Below are positions 18,371-28,492 of a stretch of DNA of 64,000 nucleotides, one piece after another. The position numbers and the translations under genes were made by a program. This DNA comes from an uncultured Acidobacteriota bacterium (GTDB lineage: Bacteria > Acidobacteriota > Polarisedimenticolia > J045), in assembly GCA_963702425.1 (NCBI GenBank), contig CAVPCQ010000017.1, forward strand, positions 64,001 through 128,000, written 5' to 3'. Below the pieces are notes generated by a model. The model was not told the DNA's origin and searched no databases. It saw only the letters and a list, made by a program, of their open reading frames with translations. The stretch's first letter is position 1; every line of letters starts with the position of its first letter.

Positions 18371-19126
18371 TCATCGGGTCTTGTCTCCGCCACGGATCGG
18401 ACTGCGGAGCTCGCGTTGCGAGGGCCCTTTGAGATCGATCTTGTGCGCGCGGTGGACCAGGCGATCCAGGATGGCGTCTGCGAGCATCGCTTCGCCGATC
18501 ACCTCGTGCCAGGCTTTGATCGGGAGCTGACCGGCCAGGAGTGTCGAGCCACGCTCGGCGCGGTCCTCGATCACCTCGAGCAGGTCGCGGCGCCCGGCGT
18601 CCTGGAGCGGCGAGAGCAGCCAGTCGTCGATCACCAGCAGATCGAGCTTGGCCAGTCGGGCCAGCAGGCGGCCGGACGAGCCGTCGCCGCGGGCGACGGC
18701 CAGGGCCTGGATCAGGCGCGGGGCGCGGACGTACTGGGCGGTGAAGCCCTTGCGGCAGGCGCGTTCGCCGAAGGCGCAGGCCAGGTAGGACTTTCCCGAT
18801 CCGGTCGGGCCGGTGATGATCAGGTTGTGCCGCTCGGTGATCCAGGTGCAGGTGCCGAGCGCGAGCAGCACCTGGCGATCCAGGCCGCGCCCGGGCTTGA
18901 CCTCGACGTCCTCGAGTGCGGCGTCGTAGCGCAGCCGCGCCAGCTTGAGCCGCCGCGTCAGCTTGCGCTGCTCGCGCTGGGTCCACTCGTGGTCGACCAG
19001 CAGACCGAAGCGCTCTTCGAAGCTGAGCGCGACGTGTGTGGTGTCGTGTTGCTGCCGGTCGAAGGCCTCGGCCATGCCGTGCAGGTTCATCGCCTGGAGC
19101 TTGTCGATCGTGGGTTGGGTCAGCAT
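18371..19126 (-). CDS. istB: IS21 helper ATPase
   Basis: MLTQPTIDKL..., GPTGSGKS, LLVIDDW, ADAILDRLVH. Confidence 0.93.
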   Translation of the reverse strand: MLTQPTIDKLQAMNLHGMAEAFDRQQHDTTHVALSFEERFGLLVDHEWTQREQRKLTRRLKLARLRYDAALEDVEVKPGRGLDRQVLLALGTCTWITERHNLIITGPTGSGKSYLACAFGERACRKGFTAQYVRAPRLIQALAVARGDGSSGRLLARLAKLDLLVIDDWLLSPLQDAGRRDLLEVIEDRAERGSTLLAGQLPIKAWHEVIGEAMLADAILDRLVHRAHKIDLKGPSQRELRSPIRGGDKTR

Positions 19127-20685
19127 TCGGTCTCCTGGGACACGTAGTAGTCCGCGCCACGGATGTTGGGATGGCCTTGCGGGGGGGGCGACAGAGCCAA
19201 CGGCTCGTCCGCGATCGGGACACGGTCGAGACCGGCTTGCAGGATGTTGTGCACGGTCTTGAAGCTCACGGCGGCGAGGCGTTCGGCCCGCGCACAGGCC
19301 GCCTCGAGACGGCCGTCGCCGTGCTTCTTGCCGAGACGCATCAGACCCAGACAGGCCCGATAGCCCTGCTCGGGGTGGGGCCTCGAGCGCAGGATCTGCT
19401 CGACCACGCGCCCCGTGGCCGGGCCGCTCTTCTCGGCCCAGTGGATCAGCCGCGAGGGCGTCCACTCGGCGTGGGCACGATGCGACGCGGGCATGTGCTC
19501 GGGGTAGGTCGAGCTCTGGCCGCGGCCCCGCAACCGCCGGTGCGACGTGATCCGGCGGCCGTTGTGGAAGACTTCGACGACGTCGGCGGTGAGGCGGGCG
19601 TCGACCTGCTCGTACAGCAGCGTGTACGGCACGCTGTAGGTGTTGTATTCGATCGCGATGTGGTAGTCGATGCTGACCCGGCAGGTCTTCCACTGGCCCA
19701 GCTCGTAGCGCCGCGGTGGCAGCGGCTTGAGTGCGGGCCGGTCGAGCTGCTCGAACAGCTCGCGGCGGCTGACACCCAGGGCGCGGATCCGCCGCTCGTT
19801 GAGGTGTCCGGTCAACTCCCGAATCGCCGCGTTCAGCTCGTGCAGGCTGAAGAAGATGCGATGCCGCAGCACCGCCAGGATCCAGCGCTCCGCCAGCAGC
19901 ACCCCCGCTTCGACCTTGGCCTTGTCCTTCGGCCGATAGCTCCGTGCTGGGATCACCGCGGTCCCGTAATGCGCCGCCATCTCGCCGTAGCTGCGGTTGA
20001 CCTCCGGCTCGTAACGACACGGCTTCGTCACCCCGCTCTTCAAGTTGTCGGGGACCAGCATCTCCGGGGCTCCGCCCCAGGCCTCAAACATGTGGACGTG
20101 TGCCCGGATCCACGGCTCCAGCTCCTGCGATTCCACCGCCTCGGCGTAGGTCTCACTGCTCGCCCCCAGCACCCCGACGAACAACTCCACTTCGCGCACG
20201 GCGCCCGTCGCGGGGTCAACGAGCCGCGGCTTGCTCCCGGCGAAGTCGACGAAGGCCTTCTCACCCGCCCGATGGACCTGCCGCATGCTCGGCTTGAGCC
20301 GCGCAGCGAAGCGTCGATACAACTCGCAGAACTGGCTGTAGCGATAGTGATTCACCGGGTGCGCCGCGGCGTACTCGCCCCACAGCAGCTGCAGCGTCAC
20401 GTGCTTGCGCCGCAGCTCCTGATGCACCCAGCTCCAGTCGGGGGGCAGCCGCTCGACCTCCACGCCCGGGGCCGGCGGGAACAGCCGCACCGTCAACGCC
20501 GCGTCGTCCAACTCCTCCGGCAGCGGCCAGGACAGACCGGCCGCCTGGGCGCGCTGGACGTAGGCGCAGACCGTACCCGTGCCGATCCCTGCCGACCGCG
20601 CGATCTCACGGTGCGTCAGCCGGCACTCCCATTTCAGTCGCAGGATCTCGCGCAACTTCCTCATCAGCAGCCTCTCGCCAGCCAT
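19120..20685 (-). CDS. istA: IS21 DDE transposase
   Basis: MRKLREILRL, YSQFCELY, GEKAFVDFAG, VPDNLKSGV, PKDKAKVE, HPNIRGADYY. Confidence 0.95.
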   Translation of the reverse strand: MAGERLLMRKLREILRLKWECRLTHREIARSAGIGTGTVCAYVQRAQAAGLSWPLPEELDDAALTVRLFPPAPGVEVERLPPDWSWVHQELRRKHVTLQLLWGEYAAAHPVNHYRYSQFCELYRRFAARLKPSMRQVHRAGEKAFVDFAGSKPRLVDPATGAVREVELFVGVLGASSETYAEAVESQELEPWIRAHVHMFEAWGGAPEMLVPDNLKSGVTKPCRYEPEVNRSYGEMAAHYGTAVIPARSYRPKDKAKVEAGVLLAERWILAVLRHRIFFSLHELNAAIRELTGHLNERRIRALGVSRRELFEQLDRPALKPLPPRRYELGQWKTCRVSIDYHIAIEYNTYSVPYTLLYEQVDARLTADVVEVFHNGRRITSHRRLRGRGQSSTYPEHMPASHRAHAEWTPSRLIHWAEKSGPATGRVVEQILRSRPHPEQGYRACLGLMRLGKKHGDGRLEAACARAERLAAVSFKTVHNILQAGLDRVPIADEPLALSPPPQGHPNIRGADYYVSQETEC

Positions 20686-20738
20686 CGGCCCCTCCGCAAA
20701 AGGGCCAGATTGACCGCGTTCGCTGCCGACGCCTACCA

Positions 20739-20894
20739 GTGATCACGATGCCCGGAATCCCTGATCACGATCCCGGAATCCCTGATCAGGATCCCGGAAT
20801 CCGCGATCACGATCCCCGGAACCGGTGATCACGATCCCGGAATCCCTGATCACGATGCCCCGGAATGAGCGATCACGATGGTCCGGAACCGCCA
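20739..20894. repeat. About seven tandem 21-23-bp subterminal repeats of IS21
   Basis: Unit (c/g)TGATCACGAT(g/c)CCGGAATCC, no spacers. Confidence 0.9.
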
Positions 20895-21182
20895 ACTACG
20901 GGCTGACCAGCCGACGCGACCACCTGCGTGCCGCCGGCCACCTCACCGCCGTCGAGCTCGCCGCACGGCTCCGCGTCAGCGTCGCCCGAGTCGGCTGCTG
21001 GCGTGCCGAGGGCCGGCTCACGGGGACGCGCTGCAACCAGAAAGACTGGCTCTACGACCCGATCGAGCGGCAGTCAGCGTGGATCCGGGAGCGTGCAGCG
21101 TGCGAAGATCGACGCCTCGACAGGCCGCGCGAGAACCGCACGATCACAGCGGCGACACGGGGTGCAGTATGAATGACGCTCC

Positions 21183-21371
21183 TTCGCTCTGGATGCCCTC
21201 CGCTGTCCGCGCTGCTCGTCCCGCATGAAGATCCTGGCCCAGATCCACCCGCCCGACACGACCCGCGCGATTCTCGACTGCCTCGGGCTGGCCTCTCGCG
21301 CCCCGCCCCGCGCGCCGGCCCGCGCCGAGCCCGACCCGCTCCCCTTTCCCGGGAACGCCGCCGCGGACTGA
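21183..21371 (+). pseudogene. IS91/ISCR transposase C-terminal tail
   Basis: FALDALRCPRC...*, in frame with 14537-14978 after element removal. Confidence 0.85.
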
Positions 21372-21577
21372 GCTCATCGACGAACGCCCGGGCCCTCGCG
21401 GGTCGTGCCAACCCGGAGGGCGGGACTCCGCCTCCGCGGCCGACCTCCGCGCATCCCTTTCGGCCACTTCGCCGCGACGCGCAGCGCCCGACCACGGCCG
21501 GCCCCCGCGACCCCTTCCCCGGCAGGCCCGCGGCTACGCTCTCCGCCTCAGAATCCGGCTTGAATCGCTTATCCTCT
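21355..21577 (+). repeat. IS91/ISCR 3' end module (copy 3), direct repeat of 24831-25053
   Basis: Ends GAATCCGGCTTGAATCGCTTATCCTCT. Confidence 0.8.
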
Positions 21578-21587
21578 GAAGACGACC

Positions 21588-22376
21588 CTAATCCGGTTTG
21601 GTCGCAGACTGCAGCCCCCTGAGGCTTTTCCAAATGGCCGCGGGTAAACCGGAGGGTCGAGTTCCATAAAAGACAGCCTTCCGGTTAGATATGTTGATCG
21701 CAAGGTCCTCAGCGGCCTGCGCCACGAGAAGAACGTCCTTTCCCATGCCGTCCGCAAGCCCTGCCTCGTAGTAGACATTCGGATTGCGCCCGTCGGCGAC
21801 CACGAGGGATAGCTTGCTCTTCCGTATTAGCTCTCGCGTGGTGCTCTGAATACCCTTCCTATGGGCCACTTCATCCGCTCGAACGCAATTGAACCCGTAT
21901 TCCTTGATTGTGGGTCTGATGTACTTCGAGTACATCCCTTCTAGGTTCCTCGTAAAGGGCATCGCGACGAATACGTACTGTTGACTCCTCATTGAGCTCA
22001 TTTTGCGGCAAAGATCTAAGTCAAAGCTCTTCAGTCGCTCCTCACTCGGCTTCGGCATGAAGTCGTAGCCAGGGCTGCGCTCGCGCATGAGCTCGGCGGT
22101 GATGAAACGAGAAATGACCAAGATGGAGTTCGATCCGTATCGAGGATGAAGCTCATCCGCGAGCCTTAGGCCCCCGAACTCCAATCCCCTGTAGTCGAGC
22201 TTTGCATCAATAACGACGATATCAAAGAGCTGTCGCTCGGCTAGCAAACGCGCTGCAGTTCCTTCCGTTTGGACGGTCACCCGGAATCTGGAACGCCTCT
22301 GGATTTGTCGCTTGTAGAGATATGCCAGGTCGGCGTTGTCATCCAGGAGAAGTACCTTCCACTCCATCTGTCTCAT
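21588..22376 (-). CDS. Receiver domain fused to nucleoside-2-deoxyribosyltransferase/TIR-like domain
   Basis: KVLLLDDN...DIVVIDAKL; YVFVAMPF...CVRADEV...GRNPNVYYEAGLADGMGKDV. Confidence 0.75.
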   Translation of the reverse strand: MRQMEWKVLLLDDNADLAYLYKRQIQRRSRFRVTVQTEGTAARLLAERQLFDIVVIDAKLDYRGLEFGGLRLADELHPRYGSNSILVISRFITAELMRERSPGYDFMPKPSEERLKSFDLDLCRKMSSMRSQQYVFVAMPFTRNLEGMYSKYIRPTIKEYGFNCVRADEVAHRKGIQSTTRELIRKSKLSLVVADGRNPNVYYEAGLADGMGKDVLLVAQAAEDLAINISNRKAVFYGTRPSGLPAAIWKSLRGLQSATKPD

Positions 22377-23559
22377 CTAAAGCCTCCGGCGGCAGGAGTA
22401 TGGTGACGGATGCGCCGCCGCGTCGATTCGTCTGCAATACCACGTTTCCACCCAATCTCTCGACGATCCTATAGACGCTCTGTAACCCAAAGCCACGTCC
22501 CTTGCCTTTGGTCGAGAAGCCGCGACCTCCTCTCATTGATGTGTTGAGCCGATCCAGATGTGATCCCCATCCCGGTCCGTTGTCACTCACCCTGGCCACA
22601 AACAAATTCCCCGGTGGCTCGCTACGAAGAACTACGGAGACCCGTGGGCGTGCGGGATTTGTCGCCCTGGCAGTCAAGGTCTCCGCAGCGTTCGCCAGCA
22701 GTGGTCGTAGCAACACGGTAATCACTGCACGGGGGAATACGTGAGACGGGTGCACGCGCTCTGTGTCGACAATCAACCTGGTGCCGCGCGGCGCAGGATG
22801 CGGTAGCGTCCGAAACAGGTCGCGAACGTGCTTCTGCAGAGAAGGAGCGACGATGGTGTCCGGAGGTCTTGGCGGGCGGTAGAATTGACGTACAAGGTCG
22901 TGAAGATCAGACAGCACGCGACATGCACGCGTTAGGGAGGACGTGAGCACTTCGAGGTCTCGTTTGTGCTCTTGTTTCACCGCTTCTAGTTCTAGGAGGT
23001 CAGCGCAACCTAGGGAGGCGCCAAGACAGTTTGCCAAATCGTGGCAATAGCCGCCAACGATCTCTGCTATGGCTGTGGCTAGAGGATGTGACGATTTTTG
23101 GCGCGGATGTTGCTGAAAGTAGTGACCGTACTTCTGAAGAAGGATCGCTCGTCTGTCGACACCTGGCTCTGCACGAAGCGCTTCGTCGATGCTATGGGTA
23201 AGAGCAGGAACATCTTGCGGCTTCGTGAGCATCTCAAAGATACCCAGCTCGATTCCGAAGTCCAGCCGAAAGCCCGGGTACCCCGTCAGTAGGATCACGC
23301 GCGTGCCGCTTCCGGCGATGTGTCCGGCGGCAGCGACTCCCCCTATCCCGGGCATTACGACGTCGACGAGCGCGACATCCGGCTTGAAGGCGGAGGCGAC
23401 AGCTATCGCCTCCTCGCCAGAAGCTGCCACCCTAACATCATACCCCTCGTGCCGTAGGGCCCTGGCTAGGCCTTCTCGAACGTCAGAGTCATCGTCTACA
23501 AGGAGAACCCTTCCCGTAGACCGGGTCGTATGTTTGACTTGTCGGCGATTCTGATTCAT
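22339..23559 (-). CDS. Hybrid receiver-histidine kinase with no sensor or TM domain
   Basis: VLLVDDD, DVVMPG, TKP; HDLANCL H-box; LANA, SDNGPG, GRGFGL. Confidence 0.85.
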   Translation of the reverse strand: MNQNRRQVKHTTRSTGRVLLVDDDSDVREGLARALRHEGYDVRVAASGEEAIAVASAFKPDVALVDVVMPGIGGVAAAGHIAGSGTRVILLTGYPGFRLDFGIELGIFEMLTKPQDVPALTHSIDEALRAEPGVDRRAILLQKYGHYFQQHPRQKSSHPLATAIAEIVGGYCHDLANCLGASLGCADLLELEAVKQEHKRDLEVLTSSLTRACRVLSDLHDLVRQFYRPPRPPDTIVAPSLQKHVRDLFRTLPHPAPRGTRLIVDTERVHPSHVFPRAVITVLLRPLLANAAETLTARATNPARPRVSVVLRSEPPGNLFVARVSDNGPGWGSHLDRLNTSMRGGRGFSTKGKGRGFGLQSVYRIVERLGGNVVLQTNRRGGASVTILLPPEALDETDGVEGTSPG

Positions 23560-23955
23560 CTGCTGCGCCTTCGGTCGCGAAGACGATCTCTTAGCGATTC
23601 GCGCCTCTCGGAAGTCAACGTTGACCGAGGGCATTCCTAGCGCCAAGCACAGTTGGCACGCGGTCCTCGCGCACGCTGTGCTCTACTCTACATCATGGAG
23701 AGGCATCCGAGCGTTGTCGCGTCGCCAAGCGCGGGCGAGCCAACATGGGCGGGCGTTTCGTTCCCCGCGTGATCGCCGCCGCCCTGATCGCACTCGGCCT
23801 GGCAGCGATCGGGCACGGCCGGACGAGCGGGACAATAGGCCCGGCCCGCGCCCGCATGGTTGCCTCGTCTTGAGGCATTCGGCAGAGGCGTGCCGCAAGC
23901 GAGCTCACTCGCGCAGCATGAACGGCTGGCCACAGGCTGCAGGCAGGGCCGCGAG

Positions 23956-23985
23956 GGCGGATAGCCGGTATTGGCCGCGTTTCCC
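23956..23985 (-). repeat. Divergent oriIS-like end of the minus-strand IS91 remnant
   Basis: CGCGGC-N10-TATCC, same spacing as plus-strand copies, about 200 bp past the transposase stop. Confidence 0.5.
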
Positions 23986-24157
23986 CACCGGCTCAGGCTG
24001 GCACTGGCCGGGGGGGCTGACAGGCGGCCGCGGGCGCGGCAGCAGGAGGAAGCGGCCCGACGGAACCTCACGGGAGCGGCCCAAGCCGGCCGAGCTCGGG
24101 CTTCAGCGGCCGGAGCCGCCGCAGCAGGGCACAGCCCTCGCGGCGCGAGGCCTCGCC

Positions 24158-24349
24158 TCAGTCGCTGGACCAGTCGGGGTCGGGCTCGAACAGCGCCGCC
24201 GTAGTCCGCCGCGGCGGAGCCACGGGCGGCGGCCGGGCCGACAGCCCGAGGCACTCCAGGATCGCTCCGGCCGTGTCGGGCGGATGAATCGCGGCAAGGA
24301 TTCTCATCGGTCCGTGGCACCGCGGGCACTCCAGGACATCCACGGCGAA
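24158..24349 (-). pseudogene. Divergent IS91/ISCR transposase C-terminal tail
   Basis: FAVDVLECPRCHGPMRILAAIHPPDTAGAILECLGLSARPPP. Confidence 0.85.
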
Positions 24350-24830
24350 GGAGCGTCATTCATACTGCACCCCGTGTCGCCGCTGTGATCGTGCGGTTCT
24401 CGCGCGGCCTGTCGAGGCGTCGATCTTCGCACGCTGCACGCTCCCGGATCCACGCTGACTGCCGCTCGATCGGGTCGTAGAGCCAGTCTTTCTGGTTGCA
24501 GCGCGTCCCCGTGAGCCGGCCCTCGGCACGCCAGCAGCCGACTCGGGCGACGCTGACGCGGAGCCGTGCGGCGAGCTCGACGGCGGTGAGGTGGCCGGCG
24601 GCACGCAGGTGGTCGCGTCGGCTGGTCAGCCCGTAGTGCCGGCCCATCCATTCGACGGTGTCCGGCTTGAAAGGGAGGCCGGCCCCGGAGGTGAAGCCCT
24701 CCGCGTTGAGTCGCGCGGCGACCTCGCCGGCGGTGTGGGAGGCGAGCAGCGTCGCGGCCCGTGCGACGACCTGGGGATGAGTCTTCCGCCCGCGCCAGGG
24801 ACCGATCCGGAGCGGCACGCGAAGCGTCGT
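24348..24830 (-). mobile_element. LSR element copy 3, inverted, only recombinase 3' end and attR left
   Basis: Reverse complement of ~8030-8512; attR ...ATGAATGACGCTCC-TT-CGCCGTGGATG. Confidence 0.9.
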
Positions 24831-25053
24831 ACGCCGCCGCGGACTGAGCTCATCGACGAACGCCCGGGCCCTCGCGGGTCGTGCCAAGCCGGAGGGCGGG
24901 ACTCCGCCTCCGCGGCCGACCTCCGCGCATCCCTTTCGGCCACTTCGCCGCGACGCGCAGCGCCCGACCACGGCCGGCCCCCGCGACCCCTTCCCCGGCA
25001 GGCCCGCGGCTACGCTCTCCGCCTCAGAATCCGGCTTGAATCGCTTATCCTCT
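24831..25053 (+). repeat. IS91/ISCR 3' end module (copy 4)
   Basis: Near-identical to 21355-21577 (one substitution noticed). Confidence 0.85.
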
Positions 25054-25074
25054 ACGCCGGGCCATGCCCCCGGC

Positions 25075-25181
25075 GGCTGGAGGCGCGCGCCGGGGCACGT
25101 AGCGCGAGACTGCGCGTTCCGGGACCTCAAGGCCAAGCGTCTGGATCTCGCCGTGGATGCGCGGCGCTCCCCGCGCCGGAT
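25075..25181 (-). pseudogene. rve/integrase-core transposase fragment
   Basis: Reads GAPRIHGEIQTLGLEVPERAVSRYVPRR, homologous to 28965-29050. Confidence 0.65.
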
Positions 25182-25194
25182 AGCCCGGCCGCAG

Positions 25195-25272
25195 CCCGCC
25201 TCCGCGGCCGGCCGCTCCCCCATCCCGCAGCTACGCTCTCCGCCTCGGAATCCGCGGCTTGAATCGCTCATC
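25195..25272 (+). repeat. Short oriIS-like module (copy 5)
   Basis: CTACGCTCTCCGCCTCGGAATCCGCGGCTTGAATCGCTCATC. Confidence 0.75.
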
Positions 25273-25637
25273 TGCCCAAAGCGAGGCCGTAACCGCAGCG
25301 ATTCCGGGAGCGACCTGCGTTCCCGTGAATGGTGTAGTTGCTCCCTCGGATCGAACGCCCCGGATTCTGCACCGCCGCCGGGCATCGATCAGTGACTTTC
25401 GTCACATTGGGGCGCGCGCCCATCCTCGCTGCGGGTCAGGGGGGCGGGCCGCTTCTGCCCTGACCTCCCCCAAATACGGTGTGTGCACGGGAAACGCCTA
25501 GCCGCGTCGGACTAATGGAAGTATATAAACGCGCCGCCGCCTGGACGGCGAACGAATCGGCGCGAGCGGATCGCAGCCCTGCGTTGGGCCTTTCCGATCG
25601 GCTGGAGCCCCCGACGGGGCGCGTAGAGGAGCTAGAA

Positions 25638-27671
25638 ATGCGGGGTTTGATCACATCGATCGTGGGGGCCATCGTTCTGGCGACGAGCGCCGTTCCCGTG
25701 TCGAGTCAAGGCTCTCCGGATTCTGCACCACCCGGGAAACCGATCGAGTTTCGTTACTACCGTGTCGGAAACACCGGCTTGCAGGGCGACACGAGCGAAG
25801 CGCTGTGGGTCGGGCCTGACGGCGATCCCTGGATCGGCGGGTACGATCCGATCTTCGAAGAAGGGGGGATCGCGAAGTTCATCCAGGCCGAGGAGCGCTT
25901 CGTGAACCTATCCAATGTCGAGCTCAGGATCCTGGGTCATCCCAGCGACACCGGCACGGTGCGCGTCCAGGACATCGTGGCCGACCGCCGTGGGGTGCTC
26001 TGGTTTCCCTCATGGACGGCGGTGTTCTCGTACGACCCCGCGGTCGGTCCGTCGTCCCTGCAGCGATACGATCTCGACGGGTCGAGCGGTGTCGACGGGG
26101 GAGCCACCGACGCCGAGGTGGCGCCCGACGGAACGGTGTGGATGGCGAGAAAGCAAAGCGTCGCCCGGTTCAACCCATCGACCCGCCGGTGGATCCACTG
26201 GAACGTGATCGCGGATCATCTGGCCGTTCAGCCGAAGCCGACCGGTGGATACTACGTCTGGGCCGAGTTCCACGAGTCCTTCCTGTCTGGTTTCGTTACC
26301 CGGTACGACAGCGCCACCGGAGTTTGGACGGACATGCCCGCCCAGGGCGGCCGGGGCCGGATCTTCATCCTTCAGGAGAAGGACGCGGTCGACGACGCGG
26401 GGAACGTGTGGGCCTACGACATCGGCGATGATGTCTTCAACGATCCCCTGACGATCGGGTACCTGCCTCCGAACGGCCTCTGGGTCGAGGTGCCGACGCC
26501 CTGGCCTCTGGGCGAACTGAACGAGTGCGCGGCGTTCAAGGCCTACGGCAGCGGCCGGGCGCTCTGCGCGTCGAGCGGCGGAACCGTCTTCGGTTGGGAC
26601 GGTGCCTCCTGGACCGACCTCGGCGTCGGTGGCGGCGACGCCTCGGCGATCGAGGCGGTCGACATCAACGTCGCCACTGGAACGGTGTGGACGACGGGTG
26701 CCGGCGGTGCGGCCAGGCGCGACCCCGCGACGGGGCATTGGCAGCGCTATCGGATCACCAACTGCTCGCAGGGGGACAACTTCGCGCTCGACCTCTCCCT
26801 CACTCCCACGGGGGAAGTGTGGACGACCGCCAACATCGGCACCGGCGTCGGTGGCTTCCAGCACTTCGACGGCACGAGGTGGCGAGGATTCAACCAGTTC
26901 ACCTACGACCTCCCCGGAACGGGTCCTTTCCCGTTCCCGTCGGATTCCACCTTCGCTATCGCCTACCGACCGTCCAACGGTCACGTGGCGCTCGGAATGC
27001 CCGGAGGCGGGGTGCAGGAGTGGACCGGAACCGAGTACCTCGACCTGGGGTTGAGCAACTGGTACCCGACGCGTCTGTTAGAGGACTCCCTGGGACGTCT
27101 CTGGGCGGGTGCCGAAGACTCCATGATCGGCATTTACTCCGGCGGCGCGTGGAAGACGTTCGACCTGACCCTGTTCGCTGGAGCCCCGGCTGCCGACCCC
27201 GATCGGCCGGGTTGGGTGTGGCTCACGGGGCCCGACGGCTCGGTCTGGACTGACGGAACGACCGTCGAGAACATCCTGCTCCCGGAGGTGCCTCACGGCT
27301 CGGCCCCGGTCGGCAAGAGCCGGGCGTGGGTCGGCGGTTCGGGCCTGTACCTCGTCGACATGGCGACGAAGACCTACGAGTTCTACGGCCCCGAGACGAC
27401 TCAGAGCCTGAATGCCCGACCGTTTGGCGTCTCCCCGGACGGGATTCTTTGGTTCGGGTGCGACGAGGGGCTGTGCTGGGTCGACACCAAGGTCACCCCG
27501 CTGCGCCGCGGCGGTGTCTTTCGCGCCCCGCCCAGCGGAGAGCCACAGTGGGGCGGGCTGCCCTGGTGGCCGGTCCGGGCCGAGCTCCGGGTCACGCCGG
27601 ACTACTACGAGATCTGGATGACCACGCCGAGCCGCGGGATCACGGTGCTCAAAGTCGCGCCCATGCATTGA
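25638..27671 (+). CDS. Secreted beta-propeller protein (Reg_prop-like repeats)
   Basis: GAGGAG RBS, signal peptide, repeated (A/S)PDGxxW and DSLGRLW blades. Confidence 0.8.
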   Translation: MRGLITSIVGAIVLATSAVPVSSQGSPDSAPPGKPIEFRYYRVGNTGLQGDTSEALWVGPDGDPWIGGYDPIFEEGGIAKFIQAEERFVNLSNVELRILGHPSDTGTVRVQDIVADRRGVLWFPSWTAVFSYDPAVGPSSLQRYDLDGSSGVDGGATDAEVAPDGTVWMARKQSVARFNPSTRRWIHWNVIADHLAVQPKPTGGYYVWAEFHESFLSGFVTRYDSATGVWTDMPAQGGRGRIFILQEKDAVDDAGNVWAYDIGDDVFNDPLTIGYLPPNGLWVEVPTPWPLGELNECAAFKAYGSGRALCASSGGTVFGWDGASWTDLGVGGGDASAIEAVDINVATGTVWTTGAGGAARRDPATGHWQRYRITNCSQGDNFALDLSLTPTGEVWTTANIGTGVGGFQHFDGTRWRGFNQFTYDLPGTGPFPFPSDSTFAIAYRPSNGHVALGMPGGGVQEWTGTEYLDLGLSNWYPTRLLEDSLGRLWAGAEDSMIGIYSGGAWKTFDLTLFAGAPAADPDRPGWVWLTGPDGSVWTDGTTVENILLPEVPHGSAPVGKSRAWVGGSGLYLVDMATKTYEFYGPETTQSLNARPFGVSPDGILWFGCDEGLCWVDTKVTPLRRGGVFRAPPSGEPQWGGLPWWPVRAELRVTPDYYEIWMTTPSRGITVLKVAPMH

Positions 27672-27823
27672 CTGAAGGAGACCAGCGATCTCGGATCGCG
27701 GCCCGGCGCTGTTTTCGCCGTCGACAAAGGCGGTCGCGACGCGCGCTCAGCGCGGCGAAGTCGGGTCGAGCGTGAGCACAGTGACGGGGTTGTTCGTCGA
27801 GCGGCATGCTGGGCTGCAAGAGC

Positions 27824-28180
27824 TGTCCCTCGCCACAACCCCGTCATCCGCTGGCACCGCGAGGGCTTCGGGCGGTACTGGCGCTGGACACCGAGGCGCC
27901 ACGCTGGACGACCGAGCACACGAGCCGACATCCGCGCCCTCGTGCACCGGATGGCCGCCAAGAAGCCAGCGTGGCGAGCGCCGCGCATCCACGGTGAGAT
28001 ACAGAAGTGTGGCCGCGAGTTCTCCGTACGCACCGTCTCGCGCACCATGCCCCGGCGCCGGGCCAATCCCGACGAACGGCAACGATGGCGCACCTTTCTC
28101 GCCAATTACCTCGCTACCTGATCCTCGACCGGGACGCCAAGTACGGCCACGAGGTCCTCGCCACAATCCGGCGCGCCATC
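27824..28180 (+). pseudogene. Internally deleted rve-element remnant
   Basis: TGTCCCTCGCCACAACC left end joined to VIRWHREGF... and RYLILDRDAKYGHEV. Confidence 0.7.
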
Positions 28181-28492
28181 GCGGCCCTGCAGGCCACGGT
28201 CGGGTGACGCTAAGGCCGACATCAACTTCCTCCTGACGGTGATGGGGAGGCGGTTCTTCGAGGCGACGCTGCCAGCGCTGGTCGCGGCGATCGAGAAGAT
28301 GAACCAGAGCATCGACCGCCCGCACCAAGGGCTCGGCAGTAAGGTCCTCACCCTGAGCGCCTCCGAGCAGCCGAAGGGCGGCGAGGTGGCCGTCAACGAA
28401 CGACTCGGCGGGCTGCTGCGCAGCTACCGACGGTCGGCCTGACGGCCAAACACATCGCGAGCACTGACCTCTTGACGTGGACCAGGGCCACC

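Larger units (their letters stand above)
18059..20894 (-). mobile_element. Complete IS21-family element with 6-bp target duplication ACTACG
   Basis: Termini TGGCAGTTCCGG...CCGGAACCGCCA; ACTACG at 18053-18058 and 20895-20900; istA-istB inside. Confidence 0.95.
16237..21172 (+). pseudogene. Large serine recombinase copy 2, split by IS21 (16237-18058 and 20901-21172)
   Basis: Matches copy 1 up to WMGRHY and resumes GLTSRRDH after the IS. Confidence 0.9.
14979..21184 (+). mobile_element. LSR element copy 2, interrupted by IS21; cores TT 14979-14980 and 21183-21184
   Basis: Near-identical to 5148-8512 apart from the IS21 insert. Confidence 0.9.

Noticed and set aside
16069-18432. 787-aa recombinase with a novel C-terminus
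   Set aside because: Read-through into the inserted IS21 end
20739-20894. Tandem ~21-bp repeats as a CRISPR array
   Set aside because: No unique spacers and no cas genes; they are IS21 subterminal repeats echoed at the other IS end
5148-21184. Duplicate LSR elements as an assembly artefact
   Set aside because: Copies differ by scattered substitutions, host flanks and a clean IS21 insertion with target duplication
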